NCBI GenBank assembly: GCA_965218975.1 | Contig: OZ244717.1 | Span: 1,056,001-1,120,000 of the forward strand | Length of the DNA: 64,000 nt | Reading direction: 5' to 3' | From: Candidatus Oxydemutatoraceae bacterium | GTDB lineage: Bacteria; Pseudomonadota; Gammaproteobacteria; Poriferisulfidales; Oxydemutatoraceae | Shown here: piece after piece, positions 10,222-20,627 of the stretch | Numbering within the stretch: position 1 is the first letter of the stretch | How the letters are laid out: each line of letters begins with the position of its first letter | The notes under the pieces: generated by a model | Database searches by the model: none | Seen by the model: the letters and a program-made list of their open reading frames with translations, nothing else | What the model was told of the DNA's origin: nothing | Made by a program: the position numbers and the translations under genes

Positions 10222-12534
10222 ATGACAATCAGTACGAGAATTACCGCATCCGAAGGACATTCGGTACACCATTTGGTATGCCCTCATGATTGTCCGGATA
10301 CTTGTTCCATTTTAGTAACGCGCGACGATAAAACAGGGAAAGCAATTCGTATTCAAGGTGACCCGTCTCATCCGGTTACACGTGGTTATTTGTGTAACAA
10401 GGTTAACCATTATCTTGAGTTAGTTTATAACGAAAACCGAGTTATGTACCCGCATAAACGTATCGGCCTGAAAGGGCCCGGGGCAAAATTTGAGCGCTGT
10501 AGCTGGGACGAAGCACTGAATATCGTCACTAGTAAATTTAAAGAAACAATCAAAGAATACGGTTCCGAAGCAGTGCAACCTTATTCCTATTCGGGAACTT
10601 TGGGGATGATCGGTTATTGGGGGATGGATCAACGTTTTTGGAATAAAATGAATGCCGCGCGCTTAGAGCAATCAATCTGCATTTATGCAGCGATGTGGGC
10701 GGGTATCTACACCTATGGCGTGGCAAACGGACCCGCAATTCATGACGCTTGCGAAGAAGCGGAACTGATCATCCTTTGGGGCACTAATTTAGTCAGTACC
10801 GGAGTACACGCTATCCCCTTTGTTCAGAAAGCGCGTAAGCGCGGCGCTAAGCTAGTGGTCATTGACCCGCGTGTCACGCGGACGACCATGTTGGCGGATT
10901 GGCATATTCAGCCGCGCCCCGGTACGGATGGCGCGCTTGCGCTGGGAATGATGAAAGTAATTGTCGATGAAGGATTGCATGACATGGAGTTTTTGAAAGA
11001 ACAAACGTTGGGTTGGGAAGCTTTGTTGGAGAAGCGTTTACCGGAATATCCGCTTGAAAAAGTTGCCGATATCACCGGTTTGGATGCAGAGACGATTCGC
11101 AAACTAGCGCTGGAATATGCTGCGACCAAGAAGACATATATTCGCGCCAATTATGGCTTAAATCGCCATCAGAACGCGGGACAGATGTGCCGTTGCATTT
11201 TAATCTTACCGTGCATCACCGGCGCGTGGCGAGATAGTTGTGGCGGCGTTGCCTTCGGGACTTTAGAAGAAATGTGGCTAAAATTTCCGTTGGCTAAGTT
11301 GCAACGTCCCGATTTAGGTAACCGTGCCGAATCACGCATTGTGAATATGGTGCAGATCGGACGTGCGCTGACGGAAAATATCGGTGTGGACGGCAAACCA
11401 ATGGACCCGCCGATTAAGAACTTGTTCGTGTATAACTCCGACCCGGCCAACTGTGCGCCGAATACTAATAATGTGCGCAAGGGGTTGATGCGTGGCGATT
11501 TATTTGTTACGGTGCACGATACGTTTTGGACGGATACTTGTGATTATGCCGACATTGTGTTACCGGCGGATACGCAACTTGAACGCATGGACTTGCATGC
11601 CGCCTATGGGCACTATGTGTTTAGTATGAACAAACCGATTATTGAACCGCTTGGCGAGAGCGTCTGTAACGCTGAGTTATTCCGTATGATGGCAAAAAAA
11701 ATGGGCTATGTTGAAGAAGGGGATAATGCTTTTACTCAGACGGATGAAGAAATGATTCGCGAAATCATTGATGATAAGGATAATCCTTTGATGGAAGGTG
11801 TTACTTATGAAGATTTGGAGAAGAACGGTTGGGTAAAAGGAAAAGTAAATGCCGAGCGGCGCAATTACTTGAAAAATGGTTGGCCGACCGACAGTAAGAA
11901 AATTGAGATTTATTCCAAGACACTGGAAAATCAGGGGCAGGATCCTTTGCCAGTGCATCATCCCGAGATGGAAGGACAGGAAGATTATGAAACACGTAAG
12001 AAGTATCCATTGCAGGTATTAAGCAGCGCAACTCACCACTTCATTGGAGATTCGTTTCAGTCGGTGCCGCGTCTGAACGCAATGATGTCGCGACCGACGG
12101 TTGAGTTGAATACTGCGGATGCAATGGAGCGTGGGGTCAAGGACGGCGATTTGGTTCGCCTCTATAACGATCGTGGTGAAACTTATTGTCATGCGGTGAT
12201 TATTGATGGTCTGTTACCCGGAGTATGCTCAACGCAAAAACAGTTCAAAGGGAGCCATACTTTGGGTGGCGTCAACGCAAATGCGTTAAATACCGAAGTG
12301 CTGACTGATTTCGGTATGAGCCCATCATTCTATTCTGTGCTGGTACAAGCTGAAAAAGTTGATGATGCCGATCGGATGACCTTGCAGAAATGGCGTCAAA
12401 TCGGTGGTATTGACGGCTACATTAAGCAATGGCGGAATGATCCGCGCAACGCCAACATTGAAGCAAGCGATGAAGAGATCACTGAATTCGTCAAGGGGAA
12501 GTACCCCGAAGTATTTGAGGCGAGAGCAAGCTGA
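10222..12534 (+). CDS. Molybdopterin-dependent oxidoreductase (DMSO reductase/MopB superfamily) with N-terminal 4Fe-4S motif, cytoplasmic
   Basis: CPHDCPDTC...GYLCNK cluster motif, VVIDP, PGTDGALALG, YADIVLPA and a C-terminal molydop-binding domain (NTADAMERGVKDGDLVRLYNDRG). GGAGG RBS precedes ATG 10222; no twin-arginine leader seen. Confidence 0.9.
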   Translation: MTISTRITASEGHSVHHLVCPHDCPDTCSILVTRDDKTGKAIRIQGDPSHPVTRGYLCNKVNHYLELVYNENRVMYPHKRIGLKGPGAKFERCSWDEALNIVTSKFKETIKEYGSEAVQPYSYSGTLGMIGYWGMDQRFWNKMNAARLEQSICIYAAMWAGIYTYGVANGPAIHDACEEAELIILWGTNLVSTGVHAIPFVQKARKRGAKLVVIDPRVTRTTMLADWHIQPRPGTDGALALGMMKVIVDEGLHDMEFLKEQTLGWEALLEKRLPEYPLEKVADITGLDAETIRKLALEYAATKKTYIRANYGLNRHQNAGQMCRCILILPCITGAWRDSCGGVAFGTLEEMWLKFPLAKLQRPDLGNRAESRIVNMVQIGRALTENIGVDGKPMDPPIKNLFVYNSDPANCAPNTNNVRKGLMRGDLFVTVHDTFWTDTCDYADIVLPADTQLERMDLHAAYGHYVFSMNKPIIEPLGESVCNAELFRMMAKKMGYVEEGDNAFTQTDEEMIREIIDDKDNPLMEGVTYEDLEKNGWVKGKVNAERRNYLKNGWPTDSKKIEIYSKTLENQGQDPLPVHHPEMEGQEDYETRKKYPLQVLSSATHHFIGDSFQSVPRLNAMMSRPTVELNTADAMERGVKDGDLVRLYNDRGETYCHAVIIDGLLPGVCSTQKQFKGSHTLGGVNANALNTEVLTDFGMSPSFYSVLVQAEKVDDADRMTLQKWRQIGGIDGYIKQWRNDPRNANIEASDEEITEFVKGKYPEVFEARAS

Positions 12535-12605
12535 CTCTAAGCATGCCGAATCAATAGGTTTGTAGCACCTTTACTGTAACTGACTTAACAAGCAGGTGGC
12601 ATTTT

Positions 12606-13733
12606 ATGGTGGATTTTTCAAAGTTTAACGATCCTATTGCCGGCAATTTGGGTTCCACACCCACGGCTGATCCGACGATGTATAGTCGTCATGTCATCAT
12701 TCGCAAGGGAATCATTAAAAGTATTAGAAATCTTACTTATGATACTTATGAGCTCATTGTGAAATGTGAAGACGATCAAGGTGAGGTTTTAGAAAGAAAA
12801 GCCGGGCAATATGCGACACTAATGCCTGATTACTTGGATAAGCCTAGGTCTTATTCGTTTGCTCGGGCTCCCGAATGTGAGAAACCGGGCGAATATACTT
12901 TCTTTATTCGTTTGCTGCATGGCGGGTTATTCTCAGGGTGGCTATTTGAGGAAGATCGCACCAATCACCCGCTGACAATTAGCGGACCATTGGGCAACTT
13001 TGGTTTGGATGCATCGGACCGTACCATGCTATGTGTTGCAGGCGGTAGCGGCATGAGTGCGATTTTTGCAATTCTTGAGCATGCAGTTGAGCAACAAGTC
13101 AAGCGTGACGCTTATTTCTTTTATGGTGCGCGCACTCAAAAAGATCTCTATATGCTTGATGAATTACAAGATTTTGTTAAGCGATGGCACCTGAGTTATA
13201 AATTGGAATTTATTCCGGTACTTTCAGGCGACCCTGCCGCTAATAAAAGTTGGACGGGGGCGACCGGATTTGTGACTGATTATGTAGAGAAGGAGTATAT
13301 CCGGAATAAAAAAATTGACGTAGCGGATGCGGTCGCATATTTCTGCGGACCACCGCCGATGATTGATTTAGGTGTCGAGATGCTTTTGAATAAAGGGATG
13401 GATGTCAACGATATCCGGTATGATAAATTTGAGGACGCAAGTTCTCCCGTGCCTGTTATTGACAACTCAAAGTGTGTGTTATGCGATGAATGCCTGATGG
13501 TGAAACCGATCGATAAGTGCATTGTTGAAGTAATCGATTTGAATAATGGTAACGGCTCCGGCTATCGTCCGGTGATTCCGGCTCAAACGTCGGGTCTTTA
13601 TTATAATTCCTTATATATAGATGAGAGTGAATGCATTCGGTGCTACGCTTGCGTTGATGCATGCCCTGCCGATGCGATTAATCCAAATTATGCGAAAGAG
13701 TTAAAAACTTTACGTCGCAGCAGCGGCACTTAA
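12606..13733 (+). CDS. FAD/NAD(P)H-binding reductase (FNR/oxygenase-reductase family) fused to a C-terminal 4Fe-4S dicluster ferredoxin domain
   Basis: RSYSFA, GPLGNF, VAGGSGMS, FYGART and YFCGPPPMI motifs, then CVLCDECLMVKP and CIRCYACVDACP. Confidence 0.88.
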   Translation: MVDFSKFNDPIAGNLGSTPTADPTMYSRHVIIRKGIIKSIRNLTYDTYELIVKCEDDQGEVLERKAGQYATLMPDYLDKPRSYSFARAPECEKPGEYTFFIRLLHGGLFSGWLFEEDRTNHPLTISGPLGNFGLDASDRTMLCVAGGSGMSAIFAILEHAVEQQVKRDAYFFYGARTQKDLYMLDELQDFVKRWHLSYKLEFIPVLSGDPAANKSWTGATGFVTDYVEKEYIRNKKIDVADAVAYFCGPPPMIDLGVEMLLNKGMDVNDIRYDKFEDASSPVPVIDNSKCVLCDECLMVKPIDKCIVEVIDLNNGNGSGYRPVIPAQTSGLYYNSLYIDESECIRCYACVDACPADAINPNYAKELKTLRRSSGT

Positions 13734-13893
13734 AGTTAATAGTTTTCGGCATTTTACATCAGTTATTTTCTGTCGCGCATTTCTTAGCCCGAATGATTTT
13801 TACGTTTTGCTTGTTTTCTTTATTGAAAAACGGACGCGTTCTATATGCGCTGAAGTCAGTTGATATATAATCAATAAATAACTGATTAACGAT

Positions 13894-13970
13894 GCGCCCG
13901 TAGCTCAGTCGGATAGAGTACCTGGCTACGAACCAGGCGGTCGGGAGTTCGAATCTCTCCGGGCGCGCCA
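13894..13970 (+). tRNA. tRNA-Arg (anticodon ACG), copy 1
   Basis: GCGCCCG acceptor stem, TAGCTCAGTCGGATAGAGT D-arm, cctgg-ctACGaa-ccagg anticodon arm, GTTCGAATC T-loop, encoded CCA; 77 nt. Confidence 0.97.
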
Positions 13971-13984
13971 CCGATTACCATAAT

Positions 13985-13997
13985 AATCAAGCAGTTA
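13985..13997 (+). promoter_or_regulatory. IHF-consensus site just downstream of tRNA-Arg (also present in the duplicate)
   Basis: AATCAAGCAGTTA matches WATCAANNNNTTR exactly. Confidence 0.4.
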
Positions 13998-14159
13998 TTA
14001 CTCCGGGCAGTGGTCGCTTGCGGGCAGTGGTCGCTTGGAGTTTTTCTCTAAAGCTAGGTTTTGGTATTAAGGCAAATAGGTGCATACTGTAAGGTACAAA
14101 CACGTTATGTGTTACGATGTAAGAATATTGCCCCAATTCTTTAAAGGAGTTCTGATGTG

Positions 14160-17100
14160 ATGAAGATATGTTTCAAGTTTCTTCCTAATTTATATCTGCT
14201 TGCCGTATTGATTGCTTTAGCCTATGTTCCGCATGCCCATGCACAATCTGGTATTTGCGACCGTAACCTGCAGGTTCGAAATGCGATTCTCGACCGGCTT
14301 GGGCTTGACATGACCGCCTGTGCGGAGGTAACCGAGGACAATCTGAACTCCCTCGCCGGGGAGTTGACAGTGATGGGAACATTTCTCCCCTTGAATGAGG
14401 GGGACTTTGATAATCTTGGCTCTTTGAAAACGCTGAATTTTTTTGGCAATGAAGCAGTGAATCTACCTGCGGGTATATTTGATGCTCTTGACTCTTTGGA
14501 AACGCTGGATGTGTCGGACAATGGATTATCGAGTCTGCCTGCGGGTATATTTGATGCTCTTGACTCTTTGGAAACGCTGGATTTGACGTCCAATCGATTA
14601 TCGAGTCTGCCTGAGGGCATATTTAATAATCTTGGCTCTTTGGCAACGCTGAATTTGCAACTCAATCAATTATCGCGTCTGCCTGAGGGCATATTTAATA
14701 ATCTTGACTCTTTGGCAACGCTGATTTTGCGTGACAATCAATTATCGAGTTTGCCTGCGGGCATATTTGATAGTCTTGGCTCTTTGACAACGCTGAATTT
14801 GGAGAACAATGAATTATCGAGTCTGCCTGCGGGCATATTTAATAATCTTGACTCTTTGGCAACGCTGATTTTGCGTGACAATCAATTATCGAGTCTGCCT
14901 GCGGGTATATTCGAGCGCCTTACATCGCTTGAAACAATTGATTTGAGCGACAATCCCGGCACTGACTCCTTCAAACCGTCGGCGAATGCCGGATCCGACC
15001 GGACTACCACCGTCGGCGAAGTCGTTAGGCTGGACGCTACCGCCACCGATGGCGGTCCGTTTGGGAGCAACCTGAGTTTTGCGTGGTTGCAGGACGGAAG
15101 CGATAGCACGACTGTGACGCTGACCGGTGCCGCTACCGCCACACCCACGTTCACCGTGCCGGCGGACACGCCGGACGGGACCGTGTTTCAATTTGATCTG
15201 ACAGTGGTCGGCGGGAATAAGTTTGAGACTCTCAATGATTCGTCTCGACAGAGACTGACCGACAGCGACTCGGTGGCGGTAACGGCGATTGCAAGAGCGG
15301 GCTTTGGCATTTGCGATCGCACATCTCAGGTTCAAGAGGCGATTCTTGACGCACTTTTTCCGGACGTAGTAAGCTGTGCGGAAGTTACTACTACCCATCT
15401 GGAATCTATCATCAGCCTGGATCTTAGCTTTAGGAATATTTCTGAATTGGATTCAAATGATTTGAACGGGCTCACAGCGCTTTCAATGCTGCCACTAAGC
15501 AACAATCCTTCGTTGATGACTCTGCCCGCTGGCGTATTCGACGGTCTCAGTACGCTTAGCGAACTGTATCTGCAAAGCAACAACCTGACGACCCTAACCA
15601 CCGTTGTGTTTAACGACCTCACTGCGCTTGAAAGACTGGATCTGGGAGATAACGACCTGACGACCCTACCCGCCGGTGTGTTTGGTAGCCTCACCAGGCT
15701 TACAGAGTTGCGTCTGAATCAGAATAATCAGCTGACAATGCTGCCCGCCGGTGTGTTTGACAGCCTCATTGCGCTTAAAGAACTGGATCTGGGAGAGAAC
15801 AACCTGACGACCCTACCCGACGGTGTGTTTGACGGCCTCGCCAGGCTTGAACTGTTGTATCTGGATCAGACTCAGCTGACAATGCTGCCCGCCGGTGTGT
15901 TTGACAGCCTCACCATGCTTAGACTGTTGCATCTGGATGATAATCAGCTGGAAATGCTGCCCGACGACGTGTTCGAACCCCTAACATCATTGACTTCCAT
16001 CACTCTATTTAATAATCCCGGAAGTGAATCCTTCAAGCCGATAGCGAATGCCGGTCCCGACCGAATGGTTATTGTCGGTAATGAAGTTACGTTGGACGGC
16101 ACTGCTACCGACGGCGGTCCGTTCGGGAATAACATCGAATTTATGTGGTCGCAAACCACGGATGATGCTGTGTTAGTTAGTCTTACCAAGTCTAGGACCG
16201 CCAAGCCTATGTTTACTGTGCCGGGGAACACGCCGGTTGGAACGACGCTCCGATTCACCCTGAGAGTTACAGGCAAAGGTGAGACTGTGCATGGTCCAAA
16301 TGACCCGATGGATCACCTTACCACCCATGACGACGTGATAGTGACGGCTGCTGCACGCCCGAACGTAGCGCCGGAATTCACCGGTGCACCAAGTTTCGCG
16401 GTCAACGAAGGGCAGACGATAGTCGGCACGGTGACGGCTGAAGATGCGAATATAGAAGACGAGGTAACGTATTCAATTACCGGCGATGCGGATGATGCCT
16501 TGTTCACCATCGACTCGTCTTCGGGCGAGTTGAGTTTCGTCACTGCACCGGACTATGAGAATCCGGCGGGTATGGACAACGAGTACATGCTCACCGTGAC
16601 GGCGAGCGGCGGCACGGACGCTCGGGCGTTGACGACGACGCAAGCGATTACGGTGACGGTGCTTGATGTGGCTATGACGGTCACGCTTACGGCAGGTGAG
16701 CCAGTGGTAACGGAAGGCGAGTCGGCGGTGTTTACACTCAGCCGGACAGACGCGACGGATGCGCCGGCATTGACAGTGAACATTACGGTAGATGATTCCG
16801 ACGGAGCACTTGCGGCTGCGCCGCCTAATACGGTGACTTTTGATGCCGGTTCTGCGACGACAATACTTAGCCTCGCTACTGACGACGATATGCTTGATGA
16901 GCCCGATAGCATACTGACGGTTGACATCATTAGCATTAGCGGTGTGGGTTATGAGGACGTTTCTCGCGGACCAATTTCGGTAGTAGTTACCGACAATGAC
17001 GTTACGTTCATCGAAGAAATTGCGCCGGGCGGGCCAAATGGATTCATTGTTGATATCGGTGCTGCGGATTACGTTATTATTTCAGGCCGGCATAATGATG

Positions 17101-18704
17101 GGGCAAGGATTAACGCAGACGTTTTGCTGCCGAATATGTTTGGCTCTTCGTTGCGAACCTGTATTGTCTATGGTTTTCCGGAGAATGAACCGACGAACGT
17201 AGAGGAGTGCGATTCTTTGCACGGATCGTTGATAGAAGAGCCGATAGTTCAAGTGCCTGTGTTCGGTAGCGTATTGTACGGGGTTGATGTTGAAGACGAC
17301 GGGGGGGTGACTACTGTTCGGGAAAGTCTAAGGATTTATGTTGCACCGCCAACCGGATTTCCTTCCGAAGTGCGGTGGCGGCATTTTCCTGGCCCTGCAC
17401 CGATAGACATGCTTTTATTGACGTCGGATAATGATGGCGTGCCGGAATCAATTGACTTTGATTTTGAACTAGGGTCCGGCAAGCGAATGGTCGGTCCGAT
17501 AGATGTTTCTTTTGCAAAGGGGCGTAGCACGGTCAGTATAAGTTTATCGTCTGAGGAAAACGTTGTTCGACTTTCAAAAATTAATGGAGTTGCTTTTTCC
17601 GGTAGACGCGATGACGATTTGAGTATGGTCACCGAAGCGATGCTTCGTGACAACAAACTATTTTCGCTGGGCAATAATGAAATAGAGTTTGTTGGTGCGG
17701 AAGAATCGGATGAAAGCCCGATTGAGTCCGTCGAGCCCGTCGTTTCGCTGCCCGAGTTGGTCACATTTGATCAAGTAACCACAATCACGCTGACGGGCGA
17801 TTATATTGTTAATGTTTTCGCATACGCTACGGCGACAGCGACTTTCGATCAAGTGGGTATGTCCGAAGACGTTGTGAGGGGGGTGGTAATTGACATCAGC
17901 AATGATGATACTATCAGGAGTTTTGACAATCGGGGTATGGAGCGTATCATTTCGTTTGACGATGCGGATTTCAGCCCGCACATTTTTCAAGTGGAAATAT
18001 CCACCAACATGGAAGTGATAGCGACTATCAACGCACTCGGAGACGTTGCGACCGATTTAGGAAATGCTAGTACGGAGCAGCTTACACTAGCGACGCGTGG
18101 GGAATTGATGCCTGGTTTCTATGCTTACAAAAACGTTTTCAATCTCCCGCCGTTGCCGGACGGTCGCGAGGTTTCGGACCCGGAAATCGAGGTGTTTGAT
18201 TTCATAGTCACTGACTTCCCCGCTGGCGTTGCAACCATCGTGATTAAGTTGGTTGCTCCGACTCAGGAAGGATCGCTCTACTATAGATATCGTCGTTCGG
18301 AAGACGAGTTGACAGATGACTGGGTACCTTTTGAAGCGGGAGACATTGATAAGATTTTCAGTGCGCCTGCTCCATGCCCGAGTGCGCAAGCGAGTAGAGA
18401 AACGAATGCGAGTATCGGTCAAAGCGATTATGCGTGGCATTTAGCGTCTAGCGGCACTCGCGCAAGCGACCAATGTCTGATGCTTGAAATCGAAGACGGT
18501 TCGGTAAATGATGCCGATGGCAGAGTTAACGGGATTATATTTAGCACCGGCGCAAGTGTTGGCGTCGCTGATGATGGTGACACTGATGACGGTCGTCGTC
18601 GCGGCGGTGGTGGCGCCATCGGTTTATGGTGGCTACTTCTGCTCGTCGGCATAGTCTCCGGAGCTGCTGCGTTGAAGCGTCGAGATGAAGGTTTCAACCC
18701 TTGA
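14160..18704 (+). CDS. Leucine-rich-repeat surface protein A (2 LRR blocks, 2 PKD-like, cadherin, Calx-beta-like, GlyGly-CTERM anchor)
   Basis: Signal peptide ending AHA-QS; 24-aa repeats LxxLxLxxNxLxxLPxGxFxxLxx with GICDR...C caps; ANAG PKD-like domains; cadherin-like APDYENP; GGGGAIGLWWLLLLVG...KRR tail. AAGGAG RBS. The last codons come from the IS end. Confidence 0.88.
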   Translation: MKICFKFLPNLYLLAVLIALAYVPHAHAQSGICDRNLQVRNAILDRLGLDMTACAEVTEDNLNSLAGELTVMGTFLPLNEGDFDNLGSLKTLNFFGNEAVNLPAGIFDALDSLETLDVSDNGLSSLPAGIFDALDSLETLDLTSNRLSSLPEGIFNNLGSLATLNLQLNQLSRLPEGIFNNLDSLATLILRDNQLSSLPAGIFDSLGSLTTLNLENNELSSLPAGIFNNLDSLATLILRDNQLSSLPAGIFERLTSLETIDLSDNPGTDSFKPSANAGSDRTTTVGEVVRLDATATDGGPFGSNLSFAWLQDGSDSTTVTLTGAATATPTFTVPADTPDGTVFQFDLTVVGGNKFETLNDSSRQRLTDSDSVAVTAIARAGFGICDRTSQVQEAILDALFPDVVSCAEVTTTHLESIISLDLSFRNISELDSNDLNGLTALSMLPLSNNPSLMTLPAGVFDGLSTLSELYLQSNNLTTLTTVVFNDLTALERLDLGDNDLTTLPAGVFGSLTRLTELRLNQNNQLTMLPAGVFDSLIALKELDLGENNLTTLPDGVFDGLARLELLYLDQTQLTMLPAGVFDSLTMLRLLHLDDNQLEMLPDDVFEPLTSLTSITLFNNPGSESFKPIANAGPDRMVIVGNEVTLDGTATDGGPFGNNIEFMWSQTTDDAVLVSLTKSRTAKPMFTVPGNTPVGTTLRFTLRVTGKGETVHGPNDPMDHLTTHDDVIVTAAARPNVAPEFTGAPSFAVNEGQTIVGTVTAEDANIEDEVTYSITGDADDALFTIDSSSGELSFVTAPDYENPAGMDNEYMLTVTASGGTDARALTTTQAITVTVLDVAMTVTLTAGEPVVTEGESAVFTLSRTDATDAPALTVNITVDDSDGALAAAPPNTVTFDAGSATTILSLATDDDMLDEPDSILTVDIISISGVGYEDVSRGPISVVVTDNDVTFIEEIAPGGPNGFIVDIGAADYVIISGRHNDGARINADVLLPNMFGSSLRTCIVYGFPENEPTNVEECDSLHGSLIEEPIVQVPVFGSVLYGVDVEDDGGVTTVRESLRIYVAPPTGFPSEVRWRHFPGPAPIDMLLLTSDNDGVPESIDFDFELGSGKRMVGPIDVSFAKGRSTVSISLSSEENVVRLSKINGVAFSGRRDDDLSMVTEAMLRDNKLFSLGNNEIEFVGAEESDESPIESVEPVVSLPELVTFDQVTTITLTGDYIVNVFAYATATATFDQVGMSEDVVRGVVIDISNDDTIRSFDNRGMERIISFDDADFSPHIFQVEISTNMEVIATINALGDVATDLGNASTEQLTLATRGELMPGFYAYKNVFNLPPLPDGREVSDPEIEVFDFIVTDFPAGVATIVIKLVAPTQEGSLYYRYRRSEDELTDDWVPFEAGDIDKIFSAPAPCPSAQASRETNASIGQSDYAWHLASSGTRASDQCLMLEIEDGSVNDADGRVNGIIFSTGASVGVADDGDTDDGRRRGGGGAIGLWWLLLLVGIVSGAAALKRRDEGFNP

Positions 18705-20627
18705 CTTCGTAGGTTTTGGCTCGTAAGTGATTGCCCAGGAATGATTGTGCCATTGCCCTCATGATTCTCAAGGGCACTACATTACGGTGTTGTTTGTAGC
18801 CCTCCGCGCTCAGCTTCCCCCAGGACGTGACTTGTCGGGAAGCGGGAACGGAGCTTCGTTCCATTTCAGGCCAACACTACGGTAAGATCCTATTGGCGTC
18901 CGCGCTCGCGCGGCTCGGCATCGCATACCGCTTCTGTGTGTCGGTACGTACCAAGATGCTCAACTGCAAGGTGTCGAGCTCGCGCCGGATCCGTTCCGCG
19001 CTCATCGGGAAGCCCAGTGCCTTAAGCCGCCGGCGCAGCTGCTGCAAACAGCAGAAGGCCATGTAGCAGATCGCAATATGTGCCTGGATACGCCGCGGCT
19101 TCCAGTGAAAGATCGGGCGGATGCAAAGGTCATGCTTGTTGGTGCGAAAGCAATGTTCTACTTTCCACAACCGGCGGTACTGCGACAGCAACTCCTTCGG
19201 TGCCGTCTCCTCGTTGCCGTGCGCGATGATTGCGCGCAGGCCGTCCCAACGCGCCGCATCGGCCACCTTGGTCACATCAATCTTAACCCGGCCCTTTGCA
19301 GGGAAGCTTAAGTAACAGGCATAGCCGCGCGACACGAAACCTGCCGGGCGCTCGCTGCGTTGATACTTCCGGCGCAACTGTGCCAATATGCGTTCGCGAA
19401 CTTCCCGGTCCTTGCGCGCGCGCCGGCGCGAATAGGTGACTATGATCCGCCGACCTTCGTGGCGAATCATCCGGTAACGCAGGTCCTGCGTTTTGAGCCA
19501 GCCTTGATCGTCTGCTGCACTGAGCGCCTGCAGCTTGATCTTGGCCGGGGCCGACTTGAGACGATAGCCGAGCACATAGGCCAAGCCCTGCTCCTGCAGG
19601 AATGTTTGGTTCTCACGGCTCAGCATCGCCGCATCGGCCACTACTGTAAATACAGCACCCGGATGTCGCTGTTGCAGGGTTGTCACTGCCTGCATCAAGG
19701 TCTTGCCCTCAAAGGTGTTGCCCGGCAACAGTGCGTAGTCCACCGGCAGACCGTCGCAGGTCGTCATCAGTGCCAGCAACACCTGGCAGCGGTGCGGTTT
19801 GCCGTCCTTGCTGTAGCCCTTTGCGCGCAACGGGTCCTCTTGCTCGCTCTCGAAGTACAGGGTCGTGCAATCAAAGAAGAACACTTTGAGGGGCTGATCA
19901 TACAACTTCTGTGCCGCCTGATGAGACTGTTCCCGGATGCGCGCAATCACCGCCTCCTCAAGGTGGTCCATAGTCTGGTAAACCCGGTCGAGATTGAGCG
20001 AAACGCCGCCGCTTCGTTCCAATCCGCACACCGTGTCACGCTTGCTCTGCGGCTGCGCGATACGCGCCGGCACCAGCTCGCGCAGAATGCGGTTGGCTGC
20101 CGTACGCCGTGCACCCAACACCTGGTTCCAACCCAGGTGCGAATAAATTTGCGTGAACGCCTCGCGCACCCCAAGCATCAGCCGCATCTCCTCACGGCAT
20201 TCGGCAAGATCTACTCCGAAGCGCGCCAGACGTGGTGCCAGCCGCGCCTCAGCTGCGAGATCCGCGTACTGCTTCGGTGTGAACAGCGACTGTTGTGCTG
20301 TACCAGCTTGGCGCAGCTCTTCCAAGGTGACCTCGCCGAGCTTGCGCAAAGATGCAAGCTGCTCGGGACTGTCGGCAGTGCCGATATGCCGCACCACACG
20401 CTGACGGGGACCATCGGCAGTGCGCACGGAACGTACAATCTGCAAGCGAGTGCGGCCATGTTCGGGATCATATTTTTCACGCAGGTACATAGACCCGAAT
20501 GATAACCCAAAACAAAAGTGAAAACAAGTCTGGGGGCACTACAATGGATTTTTCGGCGGCGCCCGGATAACCCTATGATAATAAAAGATTTATTTTTTGC
20601 CCAAAGGTCAAAACCTACGAAGTCAAG
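18700..20627 (-). mobile_element. IS1634-family insertion sequence, copy 1
   Basis: Terminal inverted repeats CTTGACTTCGTAGGTTTTG / CAAAACCTACGAAGTCAAG enclosing a DDE transposase. Confidence 0.92.
18877..20490 (-). CDS. IS1634-family transposase, 1-bp insertion near the 3' end truncating the C-terminus
   Basis: FFDCTTLYFE, GYSKDGK, VVADAAM, YRRLWKVEHCFR...IRPIFHW...IQAHIAIC. Relative to copy 2, an extra T (ggatcTtaccg) changes ANRIYRSV... to ANRILP*. Confidence 0.88.
   Translation of the reverse strand: MYLREKYDPEHGRTRLQIVRSVRTADGPRQRVVRHIGTADSPEQLASLRKLGEVTLEELRQAGTAQQSLFTPKQYADLAAEARLAPRLARFGVDLAECREEMRLMLGVREAFTQIYSHLGWNQVLGARRTAANRILRELVPARIAQPQSKRDTVCGLERSGGVSLNLDRVYQTMDHLEEAVIARIREQSHQAAQKLYDQPLKVFFFDCTTLYFESEQEDPLRAKGYSKDGKPHRCQVLLALMTTCDGLPVDYALLPGNTFEGKTLMQAVTTLQQRHPGAVFTVVADAAMLSRENQTFLQEQGLAYVLGYRLKSAPAKIKLQALSAADDQGWLKTQDLRYRMIRHEGRRIIVTYSRRRARKDREVRERILAQLRRKYQRSERPAGFVSRGYACYLSFPAKGRVKIDVTKVADAARWDGLRAIIAHGNEETAPKELLSQYRRLWKVEHCFRTNKHDLCIRPIFHWKPRRIQAHIAICYMAFCCLQQLRRRLKALGFPMSAERIRRELDTLQLSILVRTDTQKRYAMPSRASADANRILP

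Larger units (their letters stand above)
12797..18699. repeat. Left copy of a large direct repeat flanking IS1634 (partner 20628-27754)
   Basis: Begins AAAAGCCGGGCAATATGCG and ends GAAGGTTTCAACC at the IS terminus. The same start and end sequences occur at 20628 and 27754. Confidence 0.92.

Noticed and set aside
13759-13971. 70-aa minus-strand ORF MARPERFELPT (also 21590-21802)
   Set aside because: It is the antisense reading of tRNA-Arg, a common false ORF.
19360-20502. Long antisense ORFs over the transposases, LRR genes and RM genes (for example 19360-20502, 39484-40524, 46066-46926)
   Set aside because: Shadow frames of GC-rich or repetitive coding sequence with no recognisable motifs.
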